A stretch of DNA of 63,863 nucleotides, the filler included, from Octopus bimaculoides (Eukaryota), in the NCBI RefSeq assembly GCF_001194135.2. It is 8 parts of 7 records of this genome, joined end to end, with 100 filler letters (N's around TTAATTAATTAA, not from the genome) between each part and the next. Parts side by side here need not be neighbours in the genome. Positions count along the whole stretch, not along the records: positions 1 to 2,671 come from NW_026437401.1; positions 2,772 to 18,296 come from NC_068983.1; 6 more parts are not named here. One strand, given 5' to 3'. Numbering within the stretch: position 1 is the first letter of the stretch; the number at the start of each line of letters is the position of its first letter. Of the stretch, positions 1-11,659 are shown one piece after another. The notes beneath the pieces are model-generated. The model searched no databases. It was given only the letters and a program-made list of their open reading frames with translations, and was not told where the DNA came from. Both the position numbers and the translations under genes were made by a program.

Positions 1-64
1 ATGTACGTTTTTTTTTGTTAAGAAGACTAAGAGTAAAAGATGTTTTATATATATATATGCATAT

Positions 65-228
65 ATGGACACAGGACGTTATGAAACGTGTACAACAAAA
101 AAGTACGAAGCCCGAGTACATGGAACATGAACTATTCTTTCGAACAACGAAAGACACAAATGCAGAACAGAACAAACAACATAAAGAACGACCCTTCATC
201 AGCTGTTGGCTGTTTTTTCTAGTCTCGT
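65..228 (+). mobile_element. Family G interspersed repeat (ACAGGACG...CTTCATCAGYTGTYGGCTG)
   Basis: Shares start and end motifs with copies at 30678-30834 and 33240-33372. Confidence 0.6.
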
Positions 229-823
229 TGTAGCTGGAACAAGGAACAGACAGACAGGCAAGGAGAGTGAGATAGACAGAAAGTTAATGTGTGCAAGATT
301 TCATACAACTGGGTCTTAAATAGTTAATTAGAAATTAGTGAAGCTGTGCATTTTGATGCCATAAAATCAGAAGGAGGAATTAGGAGGAAAGAAGGTGGAA
401 GTAGGAAGGAAGATGATGTAGGATTTAAAGAGAAATTTGAAAATGCTAAGCATTGAGATTGAAGGGGAAGCAGTAGAATGGATTAAAGAAAAAGAAGGGA
501 GTAGAAATTTGAAAGTGAAAAGGAAAAAGTGTCTGTCCTCTACCATCACCACGTAACAACTTGTGTGGATGTGTTTACGTCTTTGTAATTTAGTGGTTCA
601 GCATAAGAGAGTGAATGAAATGCGAAAATTCTAAGCATTGAGATTGAAGAAAAAGTAGTAGGATGGGGTAGAGAAAAAGAAGAGAGAAACTAAAAGGGGA
701 AAAAGTGTCGAAAAAAAGTATCAGGGGAGAAGGAAATTTAAAGAAAGAGCTGGGAGGCACTAATTAATATGTTTGTTTATTTGCTGGCGTTTTCTTTACG
801 TCGTTTGTTGATTATTTTTTCAG

Positions 824-992
824 TGTAAATACTGCGGGAAAGCTTTCGCCTCACACGCCGCCCACGACAGTCACGTGAGACGTACGCATGCGCGTGACAA
901 ACCGCTCAACTGTAAGCTGTGTGGAGTGGAATTCCAGCACCAGTTTGATCTGAAGCTGCATTACAGGAACCACTCGGACAGCGAACCTCTCT
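824..992 (+). CDS. PRDM14: Coding exon with two C2H2 zinc fingers, PRDM14-like (CKYCGKAFASHAAHDSHVRRTH...CKLCGVEFQHQFDLKLHYRNH)
   Basis: Polypyrimidine tract and CAG acceptor at 821-823, phase 0. The first finger is nearly identical to PRDM14 ZF5 as recalled (CKYCGKSFASHAAHDSHVRRSH). Probable GTACGT donor at 993 (phase 1); otherwise the frame reads on into low-complexity and SINE sequence to a stop at 1132. Upstream exons lie outside the window. Confidence 0.8.
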
Positions 993-1099
993 GTACGTAT
1001 AACGTCACCCCAGAATTTCCCTTTTTCTCTTTCACACTCTCTTCCTTTTTCTCTTTCTCTATCACTCTACCGTCGTATATATGTATATATATGTACGTG

Positions 1100-1298
1100 T
1101 GTGTCTGTGTTTGTCCCCCCAACATCGCTTGACAACCGTTGCTGGTGTGTTTACGTTCCCGTAACTTAGCGGTTCGGCAAAGGATACCGATAGAATAAGT
1201 ACTAGGCTTACAAAGAATCAGTCCTGGGGTCGATTTGCTCGACTAAAGGTGGTGCTCCAGCATGGCCACAGTCAAGTGACTGAAACAAGTAAAAGAGT
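1100..1298 (+). mobile_element. SINE family C, 3' half
   Basis: Matches the reverse complement of 10800-10990, 42410-42600 and 44990-45180. Confidence 0.85.
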
Positions 1299-1673
1299 AT
1301 ATATATATATATATATATATATNNNNNNNNNNNNNNNNNNNNNNNNNNNNNNNNNNNNNNNNNNNNNNNNNNNNNNNNNNNNNNNNNNNNNNNNNNNNNN
1401 NNNNNNNNNNNNNNNNNNNNNNNNNNNNNNNNNNNNNNNNNNNNNNNNNNNNNNNNNNNNNNNNNNNNNNNNNNNNNNNNNNNNNNNNNNNNNNNNNNNN
1501 NNNNNNNNNNNNNNNNNNNNNNNNNNNNNNNNNNNNNNNNNNNNNNNNNNNNNNNNNNNNNNNATATATATACTTAAAAAATTGACATTCAATTGAATTA
1601 AGTACTTTAAGTCGAAGCAACAAGTCATTCCGGTAATATCCGCCCAGTTTGAAGTAAGGTGAATTAAATCAAA

Positions 1674-1842
1674 ATAAGCAACAGGATATCAAGTAGTAAT
1701 GCAGTACGACCGTTTCAAGCGGATCCATTTAATTGGACAATGCAATCATTACATTAGTTACATAATGATTGCATTGTTCAATTAAATGGAGTCGCTTGAA
1801 ATTGTCGTACTGCATAACTACTTGATATATCCTGTTGCTTAT
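1674..1842. repeat. 169-bp fold-back palindrome (MITE-like)
   Basis: Arms ATAAGCAACAGGATATCAAGTAG...GCAATCATTA are ~78 bp and roughly 90% complementary by eye, with a ~11-nt loop. Confidence 0.9.
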
Positions 1843-1910
1843 GATGTTTTGTGTATCGTGTCTGTTCGCGTGTGTTCTTTTATTCGAACAAGCAATTCCT
1901 GTTAGTCAAT

Positions 1911-2302
1911 GGCGGTAGTTGGCACTCCGTCGGTTACGACGTCGAGGGCTCCAGTTGATCCGATCAACGGAACAGCCTGCTCGTGAAATTGACATGCAAG
2001 TGGCTGAGCACTCCACAGACACGTGTACCCTTAACGTAGTTCTCGGGGGATATTCAGCGTGTGACACAGTGTGTGACAAGGCTGACCCTTTGAATTACAG
2101 GCACAACAGAAACAGGAAGTAAGAGTGAGAGAAAGTTGTGTGGAAGAGTACAGTAGGGTTCACCACCATCCCCTGCCGGAGTCTTGTGGAACTTTAGGTG
2201 TTTTCGCTCAATAAACACTCACAACGCCCGGTCTCGGAATCGAAACCGCGATCCTCCGACCGCGAGTTCGCTGCCCTAACCACTGGGCCACTGCGCATCC
2301 AT
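1911..2302 (-). mobile_element. tRNA-derived SINE family A, full length, with 11-bp TSD
   Basis: A box TGGCCCAGTGG and B box GGTTTCGATTCC on the minus strand. Homologous to 24406-24794. TSD TGTTAGTCAAT at 1900-1910 and 2303-2313. Confidence 0.92.
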
Positions 2303-2384
2303 TGTTAGTCAATATAACAAGTTAAATGGGTTATCTGGACTGAACGCAATGTATGTATGTATATATTATGTAAGGCTTGGCTAC

Positions 2385-2431
2385 TCTGCATTGACAAGGG
2401 GCAACACCCTGAAACTAGTCTAGTCTGCAGA
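2385..2431 (+). ncRNA. Decayed minimal type-I hammerhead ribozyme motif
   Basis: TCTGCA-TTGACAA-GGGG(CAACA)CCCT-GAAAC-TA-GTC-[TAGTC duplicated]-TGCAGA. Stems I, II and a palindromic stem III are all present. Confidence 0.55.
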
Positions 2432-2715
2432 TGCCAAACCAGCAGGGGGACACTGCTGACCTCCCCTGTTCGAAGGTTATAAAGGACACAGGTTTCGTGT
2501 GTCACATAGCTAGCTAGAGGCGATGGCTTCTTGGAGCTAATTCACGGCAGCTTTCGTCCTAATTTTGGGACTGCCATGTTGGCTTGGCGATAACTATTAA
2601 TTTCCAGTACCGCTGCCGTAGTCTCCTTTAGAGAGACTTAGAAATATTAATAACTCTATATATATATATATNNNNNNNNNNNNNNNNNNNNNNNNNNNNN
2701 NNNNNNNNNNNNNNN

Positions 2716-2727
2716 TTAATTAATTAA
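2716..2727. other. Assembly linker TTAATTAATTAA centred in a 44N+12+44N gap; also at 18341, 45912, 49593, 53121, 56581, 62371
   Basis: The same 100-bp layout occurs seven times, and the 12-mer gives stops in all six frames. These mark joins of unknown true size. Confidence 0.95.
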
Positions 2728-2771
2728 NNNNNNNNNNNNNNNNNNNNNNNNNNNNNNNNNNNNNNNNNNNN

Positions 2772-2918
2772 GTATTTATTTGTTTACAAAATAAATATAA
2801 GCTAAAAAAAATTATCAACTTTTATTATATTCATTCTATATATTGTTTCGAAGAAATATTTCCAGTCCCTGGCAGATTGGGAGGAATAAAAACTGCCAGT
2901 ATAGTTTGAGAAACACTG
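2772..2918. mobile_element. Right end of a hAT-type MITE, left part lost in the gap
   Basis: Ends in TTTGAGAAACACTG, the same terminus type as the elements at 10452 and 58867. Confidence 0.4.
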
Positions 2919-3256
2919 CCATCGAGGTTCCGTCGTTAGCTCGGCTTCTCAGGCCGTTGGTCATTCTAGATTTTGTTTGGTGGTATTGAAGCCAGTCTCA
3001 ATGGTATCGATGGAATGGTGTTGACGGCGACAGTCGTCATTACTGATATAGAAGGACGACGTGTTGGTAGCGGCAGATTCTATGTCATTGCTATTGGTAT
3101 TGTTGTTGTTGTTGTTGTCGGTGGTGGTGGTGGTATGAGTTCAGCTGAGTTGATGGCAATGGTTACATTATTGGTGTTGTTGTTGTTATTGGTGGTAGGA
3201 TTCAATTGCTGGCGGTGATGTTGTTATTGGTGTCGTTCTTATTAATGAAAGAGGTC

Positions 3257-3914
3257 AAGGCTGTCAGCCGGCAGAACCGTTAGCAACCCCGGACAAAATG
3301 CTTAGCAGCATTTCATCCATCTCTACGTTCTGAGTTCAAATTCCACCGCGGTCGACTTTGCCTTTTATCGTTTCGAGGTTGATAAATTAAGTACCAGAGA
3401 AGCACTGAGGTCAATGTAATCGACTAGCCCCGTTCCCTAACATTTCAGGCCCCTTGTGATTTCAGTAGAAAGTATTGTTATTATTATTATTATTATTATT
3501 ATTAAGGCGGCGAGGCGAGCTGATAGAATCGTTATTATGCTGGTGAAAATGCTTAGCTACATTTCTTTCGACTTTACGTTCTAAGTTCGAAATGCCTTTT
3601 GTCCCTTCGGGATCGATAAAATAAGAGATCGACGTGATTCCCCCAAATTACTGGCCTTGAGCCAAAATTTGAAATCATTATTATTACTGTTGTTGTTGTT
3701 GTTGTTGCGAGATGGCGGAATCGTTAGCATGCGGGAAAAAATCCTTAGTGATATTTCATCCATTTTGACGTTCTGAGCTCAAATTCCGCCGAGGCCGACT
3801 TTGCCTTACATCCTTACAGGGTCGATAAATTAAGTAGTAGTTGCGCACTGGGGTCAATGTAATCGACTTAATCCCTTCCCCAAAATTTGAGGCCTCGTGC
3901 TTTCAGTAGAAAGG
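3257..3914 (+). mobile_element. Three head-to-tail SINE family B copies (3257-3472, 3504-3676, 3710-3914) separated by (TAT)n/(TTG)n
   Basis: Each copy has some or all of GCTGGCAGAAYCGTTAGC, GAGTTCAAATTCC and GCCTTTCATCCTTTCGGGGTCGATAAA.TAAGTACCAG. Confidence 0.85.
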
Positions 3915-3962
<48 letters not shown>

Positions 3963-4391
3963 GCTTTTGCGGTGGTGTTGGTGGTGGAGTGGCAACGCCA
4001 TATTGTCGAAGTTAGAATCAGTGGTCATAATGATGTTTGTTGACGCTGTTATATTTTATTTCTGACTCTGCTTAATCATCTTCATTTCATATACAAGCCA
4101 GCCAACATAATTAATTTCACTATTCATTAATTCATTACCGGAAGATTATATTTATTCAGCCAATCAAAATGAAATGCAAATCTGCTTTGGTTTTATTTCT
4201 AAACAGTATTTAATCTCTGTATCGATTATGAGTGACTCCAGTGTTATTCATGTCTATAGGGACGCTTGCTTTCACGTTGTTCTGCTTTCGATCCCATGGG
4301 GTGTCGTCTTTGCTAATATATTCTTAACATAACATCACGTTGACCCAAAATCCGTGAGTGAATTTAGGACGGAAATTCTCTGTGTGTGCGC

Positions 4392-4448
<57 letters not shown>

Positions 4449-4563
4449 ATGTAATTGTGAGTCATACAGACTCACTTCTAAAATGATGTTTATTGAGCTT
4501 TGCTGAAAAAGAAAAAAAGAAATAAAATACTGAATATATACATACATATACACATACATACAA

Positions 4564-4605
<42 letters not shown>

Positions 4606-4611
4606 TTAGTT

Positions 4612-4770
4612 GAAATTTACAGAAAATCAAAAGAGGGAGACAGGTGTATAAACAAGAAGCAGGTGTATTAGTTTGACGCTCGGGAAGGTGAGAAAGTCTT
4701 TTATGTTTTGAGCCTACGCTCTTCAACAGAAAGGAAGGCGAGAAAATATACAGGGAGAGAATAAAAAAAA
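4612..4770 (-). mobile_element. Family F repeat carrying a hammerhead-like motif (degenerate here, 4691-4735)
   Basis: Minus strand reads CTTT-CTGTTGAA-GAGC(GTAG)GCTC-AAAACATA-AAAG. Homologous to 27690-27878, 50110-50332 and 58455-58620. Confidence 0.8.
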
Positions 4771-5209
4771 AACAACTTTTGGAGTTAGCAGTTAATATAA
4801 ACAGCTTCAACACAGTTTCCGCTCAGCCAATTTCATTCACTGTGTATTCATTGATAATCATCCCTTAAGTGCACGCAGTAAAATGTACTCGCCGAAAAAT
4901 CGAACTCGGAACCTTGTAGTAGAGTAACGACCTTACCTGCAAGAAGTCTCCTCCTCTTTTTCTCCCTCTCTCTAAACACACACGCGCGCGTACACATACA
5001 AACACACAGAGACACACACTCAAATTCACACACATGTAAATATGTATACATGTATGTAAACTTTATATATATATATATACACACACACAATATAAATATA
5101 CATCTCTATATATATATACATATATGTACATGCATATATATGCGTCTGCGTAACTGTGTATAAATGCATTCATACATACATGTATATATACCTTGATATA
5201 TGTGTATGT

Positions 5210-5245
<36 letters not shown>

Positions 5246-6114
5246 GGGATATTGTGTTTACTAATATTGTGGCGCCTTTTGTTACAAATCGAATCCTAAA
5301 TAAATAAGTAACTCCCAAAACCTTCAATGTACCACTTACATTTTCATTGAAATGTTTCCAGCCTAAAATGTAATTAACGGCTCCACCTTCACAGAGTTTT
5401 GCCGCTATGCAGTCGTATTAAACGCCACGATGTTGAAGAAAATAGACATATTATAAGAGTTTGAAAAGCAGCAATGGTTCGGAAACATTACGATCTCTTC
5501 TCTTCCGAACCAGTTCACTGATTCACGTTATAAATCTATTGAAACAATTGCCTTAGAGGAGGTGAAATTATGTACTATTTCTGCATGAAATAACCGTCTT
5601 AAGTGTTTCTAGTATGCTTCTGACAATGTGATCATACATTTTATTGTCGCCGTCTTATATATCGAAATATTTATGACACCCTCTCATGAAGAAATTGCTT
5701 TCCGCACACACACATAAACAAGAAACTATTGTATATATTTATCTACGTTTTAATAAATTATTAATCCCTCTATAAAACACAATCGGAAACAGCTCACAAA
5801 CACACGCACGCTCTCGCACAGACACACCTCTTTATAACTTCTATAACAAACAGCCGAGATCATCTCAAACACTGTTATATCTTTTAAAGTCGCTTTCTAT
5901 AGCGCACATTTCCTACAGCTAAGATGTTGTGTTCAGTTCATTGAATCAACACTCAATTTGTTGTCGCTCGACTGTTAGAAATAGCAGCTAAATATCATTC
6001 AGGCCATGCCCTAACATTTTGTGAAAAAAGGGGGAATGTCTAATGTGACTTTTATTTTTCGAGATAGTAGCGAAGGGATTGAAATCATTTAGTTTTCCGC
6101 TATATAACTCTTGT

Positions 6115-6365
6115 GCGTCTGCATGGCTTAGGGGTTAAGGTGTTGCACTCGTAATTATAAGACTGTGGTTTCGATTCCTGGACCAGGTGATGCGTTGTGT
6201 TCTTGAGCAAAACACTTCATTTCTCGGTGCTCCAGTCCACTCAGATGGCAAAACAAATAAATCCTGCGATAGAACGGCGTCCCATCAAGAGATGAGGGAA
6301 TGTATATGTCACAGAAACCAAGAAACTGGCATTGTAAGTCTATGCGACCTGGAACAGAACTTTTG
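6115..6365 (+). mobile_element. tRNA-headed SINE family D
   Basis: A and B boxes followed by GCGTTGTGTTCTTGAGCAAAACACTTCAT, shared with 30193 and 59148. Confidence 0.8.
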
Positions 6366-6891
6366 TCCTATATAAGCCTTGGAGGTGGATTGGTAGAGTT
6401 CATACAGCGTCTGCTAAAATGGCTCGTGATATTTATTCCGGATCTCTACACACTGGGTTTCAATCCAACCGAGCCAACTTCCTCAGTCATCCTCTCGGCA
6501 GTCTGCAAAATATTGGACAAGGCGACATTGAGGAATTACACTGAGAAAGGATAAATGATTCCGTCACATTATCGGAGAGTTTCTTTAGTTTAGTAATTTC
6601 CTTGAACTATCAGCACGGAGCTGAGACCGATTGCACAATATATCGTGTGCGATTTCACCAACATGGCACCCATCCTAGCATCTTCCTGGTGGTTTGGGTT
6701 AATCCAGGCCTGGCCAACCTGAGACCCGCTTGATACCTTCTTGAAATGGGTTCATTTAAACAAACATTTTGAAAATTTTATCAAAAATTAAAGATTGCAA
6801 TGAAAAAACCAAAAGAAAAATGCTTCTGTTTTTGCAACGATAATGTTTCGTGTTGAATCTATGATCATTCGTTCATTATTGTAATAATAGC

Positions 6892-7280
6892 AAGGCGGTG
6901 AGCTGGCAGAAACGTTTGTCTTTACGTCCTGAGTTCAAATTCCACCGAGGTCGACATTGCTTTTCATCCTTTCGGGGTCGATAAATTAAGTACCAGTTGC
7001 GTTGCGTACTGGGGTCGATCTAGTCGACTGGCCACCTCCCCCAAAATTTCGGGCCTCGTGCCTAGAGTAGAAAATAATCATAGCAAAGCGACGAGCTGGC
7101 AGAAACGTTAGCGCGCCGGGCGAAATGCTTGGCGGTATTTCGTCTGTCTTTACGTTCTGAGTTCAGATTCCGCCGAGGTCGACATTGCCTTTCATCCTTT
7201 CGGGGTCGATAAATTAAATACCAGTTGCGACCTGGGGTCAATCTAATCAACTGGCCACGTCTCCAAAAATTTCGAACTTT
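6892..7280 (+). mobile_element. Two tandem SINE family B copies (first has an internal deletion)
   Basis: Near-consensus family B motifs at 6892-7078 and 7084-7280. Confidence 0.9.
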
Positions 7281-8121
7281 TTATATCGGATTATTATTGT
7301 CTATCTTATTTGCTGGGGAAATTTCCAGCGTATCAGGTAGTTATGTGGCTACGGCATGAGATAATCAACGTGTTTGTGTATGTGGTTATGTGTGTGTATG
7401 TGTGTATGTGTGTGCTTGTGTGCGTGTGTGTGTGTGTGTGCTTGTGTGCGTGTGTGTACATGTGTATGTAAGTGTGTGAGTGTTGCTTTTTTGATGTCAC
7501 TCGAGTTTGTCATATTCCCTTATAGCCATCAGTCACGACTAATCATCACTCCGTATGACTATGTAATAATGTGAAAGAGCGAGCAAGCGAGCAAACGAGA
7601 GAGAGAGAGAAAGAGAGAGAGTGTATGTGTGTATGTATGTGTGTGTGTGTATGTATGTGTGTGTATGTGTGTGAATGTGAACGTGCTGTGTTGATATATG
7701 TGTGTGTGTTCATTAACGTGGGCATATATTTGCACGTGTGAATGCACGTACTGAATAGTTCATTATTATTTTAATTTGTAAAGGAAGTGAGTTTGTAAAC
7801 ATCTAATTTTGTTTACCTATCGTTTAGGTTTAGTTTTAAGTTTTAGGGTATGCAAAGAAAAAAAAGCAAACAAACAAACAAAACACACCTACATGACGTT
7901 TTTATATCAATGTTTCTAGCGATCGGCTCAGTCATCGCTCTTCAAGGAAACTGCATACAAATAGTTCTCAAAATATGAATGATGCCAAAAAAAAAAATGA
8001 AATTAATAATATTAACAGCAGCAAGAACAACAACAGCAGCAGTGGCAGCAGAAGCAGCAGCAGCAGCAACACCAGCAACAANNNNNNNNNNACAACAACA
8101 GCAGCAGCAGCAATAATAATG

Positions 8122-8177
<56 letters not shown>

Positions 8178-8312
8178 TATTATTATTATTATTATTATAA
8201 TAATGATAATAATGGATAGCCAACTTAGCTGAGATGTGAGAATGTCATCCCCAGCACTGCTACAGCCACCAACAAACCACCACCAACACCAGCTCCACCA
8301 TCACCACCATCG

Positions 8313-8343
<31 letters not shown>

Positions 8344-8809
8344 TGTCGTCGTTATCGTCATCATCGTCTTCATCATCATCATCATCATCATCATAAACAT
8401 CACCGACTCCATCAGCCCTCTTCGACCCCTCACCCCCCACCCCCACCCATCCGAATATCATATCACCATTAGCAACTGCAAGAGCAGCGCCTTCTTTACA
8501 GTAATTCTCCTCATCACCATGTCTGTCNNNNNNNNNNNNNNNNNNNNNNNNNNNNNNNNNNNNNNNNNNNNNNNNNNNNNNNNNNNNNNNNNNNNNNNNN
8601 NNNNNNNNNNNNNNNNNNNNNNNNNNNNNNNNNNNNNNNNNNNNNNNNNNNNNNNNNNNNNNNNNNNNNNNNNNNNNNNNNNNNNNNNNNNNNNNNNNNN
8701 NNNNNNNNNNNNNNNNNNNNNNNNNNNNNNNNNNNNNNNNNNNNNNNNNNNNNNNNNNNNNNNNNNNNNNNNNNNNNNNNNNNNNNNNNNNNNNNNACGA
8801 CGACGACGC

Positions 8810-8877
<68 letters not shown>

Positions 8878-9033
8878 GTGGTGGTGGTGATGGTGGTGGG
8901 GATGACGATGGGATGAAGTTGATGATGACGCCAATAATGATTTCCAACATAATCACAAGATCACACGCTTTCCAGGATGGAACGGTCGATTAAATCTATC
9001 TCAGTATTTGACTGGTACTTTGTTACACACATC

Positions 9034-9065
<32 letters not shown>

Positions 9066-9151
9066 TACACATACATGCACACACATACACAAACACATAC
9101 AAGTACATTCGAACACACACAAATAGTTTCTTGCACATGGCTACATACCAA

Positions 9152-9213
<62 letters not shown>

Positions 9214-9896
9214 CCTATCAATCTATCTATATATCTATCTATCTATCTACATATACATATTCATACATATATGAACGTATACATATATATGTGGGTGTAT
9301 GTGTGTGTAGTTTCAATAATAGTTGGTAGTACAACTACTACACTGACCACACTTGTAGGTGTAAATACTTTTACCGTGTTTATAAGCTGTGTATGCGTGG
9401 ACAGTTCAGTCAAAGTGAATGCTCGGTCACTGACGCAATTCCGATATATCATTGAAATTCCAATATACAATTGTTCGGTTGATTTCTCTTATTAACACAC
9501 AGTGTTTCCAGTCCATTGTCTGATGTCGTCTGTCCACAAACATCTTTCATGTCTTCTTGCTATCTTCCTTTCAACAATTCCTGTCATGATAGTCTTAGCT
9601 AGTGACACGTGGTGCATTGTATGCCCAAAATATGATAACTTGATGGACTTCTTTCTCGACAATGCGTTTCTTTTGACTTTCAGCTATTCTAGTACTGCAG
9701 CATTTGTTACCGTATCGTTCGTTTCAATTTAACCTGCTCAATCCGCGGAAGATCCATATCTCGAATGCTTCTGTATTTTTCTCTATAGTTGTGCACATTG
9801 TCCATTGTTTAACTCATAATAATATTAAATCAAATGTTTATTCCAATTATATAAGGCAATTGAAGAAATGGCCTTTATTTCTCGCATTACCTATAA

Positions 9897-10214
<318 letters not shown>

Positions 10215-10451
10215 TAATAGAACGGTGTTATTGTTGTTCTTCTTACAGTTGTTCTTTAATACCGAAGCAGTTCCGGTTAAGCAGATGTATAATCAAAGGC
10301 AACAAATTCTAACTATCCTGTCTATCTCTTATGCAACTGTGTTTGTCCGGGAATACGTTGGCCAACGAGTCCTTTATTATGGAAGACAATTATTGTGTAA
10401 CCGGGGGGAGATTCTGCAGTTATTCAAAGGAGGCCGAATGATGGTGTAGAG

Positions 10452-10764
10452 CAGAGGTTCTCAAGCTTTTTGAACCACTCATGGCCACATAATACCCCAG
10501 CGCCCCACCCCTATTTCTATATATAAATAAATATTTTATATTTTACTAATTTATATATACTATGAATCATTTGATGTTTAATATAATATTATATAATTTG
10601 TATACAATACTATAATATTATAATAAATTCATAGCTTCCCCCAATCCACTGCCTTCTTCCCAACGCCTCCTTTTTCTCTACCACCCCCTTAGGCACCAGC
10701 GCCTACCTGGACTGTCTCAACGCTCACCGGCAGGGGACGGTAGCGCCTACTTTGAGAACCTGTG
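10452..10764. mobile_element. hAT/Charlie-type MITE in the BarH intron
   Basis: Imperfect TIRs CAGAGGTTCTCAAG ... TTTGAGAACCTGTG, with degenerate 8-bp flanks GTGTAGAG/GCGTTGAA. Confidence 0.65.
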
Positions 10765-10799
10765 GCGTTGAAGCTCCTTTGTCAGGCTCGTCATCAACT

Positions 10800-11190
10800 G
10801 CTTCAGTCATTTGACTGCGGCCATGCTGGAGTTAAAGGGTTTTAGTCAAAGAAATCGACCCCCAGCACTTATTCTTTGTAAGCCTAGCACTTATTCTATC
10901 GGCCTGTTTTGCCGACCCGCTAAGTTATGGGGACGTACACACACCAACATCGGTTGTCAAGCGATGGTGGCGGGGTGAGGCGGGGGAACAAACACAGATA
11001 CAAAAACACACACACATAAATATATACGTATGTATGCGACGGGCTTCTTTCAATTTTCGTCCACCAAATCCACTCACAAGGCTTTGGTCGGCCCGTGGCT
11101 ATTGTAGAAGACACTTGCTAAAGGTGTCATGCGGTGGGACTGAATCTGGAACCATGTGGTTGGGAAGCAAGCTTCTTACCACACAACCAC
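10800..11190 (-). mobile_element. SINE family C, full length, with internal microsatellite (BarH intron)
   Basis: tRNA-like head, CORE-like ACCTTTAGCAAGTGTCTT segment, CA/TA tract, then the family C tail. Confidence 0.88.
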
Positions 11191-11659
11191 GATATAAATA
11201 AAATCAAAACGACACTAAATAAAAGGGCATGTGATGTGATTATACAGTGGCGATGTGAGTCAGCTGAGTGAGTAGCTGCAACCTCATTGGCTCAGATTTT
11301 TTAAACAATCATTACCCCTACATAGAATACAAGCTACTTGGGATTTTGACTCTGTTGATGTCAGAGTTATCACTATCACGATTGTCCACCCAACTCACAT
11401 TCTTAAAATCCCTAAGTCCTTAGTGCTTAGTTTTCAAATATGTTCAGATGTTATTGTAAATTGATGTGTTATCCATCGCACGACCTATGATGTTGCGTAT
11501 GGACTTTAGCTATAATGGGAAATATAAGATAACTTTATATAATTTCAATAATTATAATTTCAGTATTTTTTCTTATTTTGTAGTACCTATACAAAATATT
11601 TTTAAAGAAATAATAATTTTCAAACTAAAAATAATATATTTCGGAGGTGTACCTACCAG

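Noticed and set aside
993-1132. C-terminal extension of ORF 875-1132
   Set aside because: Runs through a pyrimidine tract, a microsatellite and a SINE; more likely intron after the 993 donor.
1919-2122. 67-aa ORF
   Set aside because: Antisense reading of SINE family A.
2672-2771. TTAATTAATTAA recurring seven times inside N runs
   Set aside because: Always centred in exactly 44N+12+44N. It is an assembly spacer with six-frame stops, not a biological repeat or homeodomain site.
2973-3218. 81-aa hydrophobic ORF, and an SSFYIS eh1-like word on the opposite strand
   Set aside because: Degenerate trinucleotide sequence. The minus frame is closed by nearby stops and is on the wrong strand for BarH.
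8225-8956. 243-aa Ser/Asp-rich minus-strand ORF
   Set aside because: Made of (GAT/CAT)n tracts and 269 N, with no domain or splice support.
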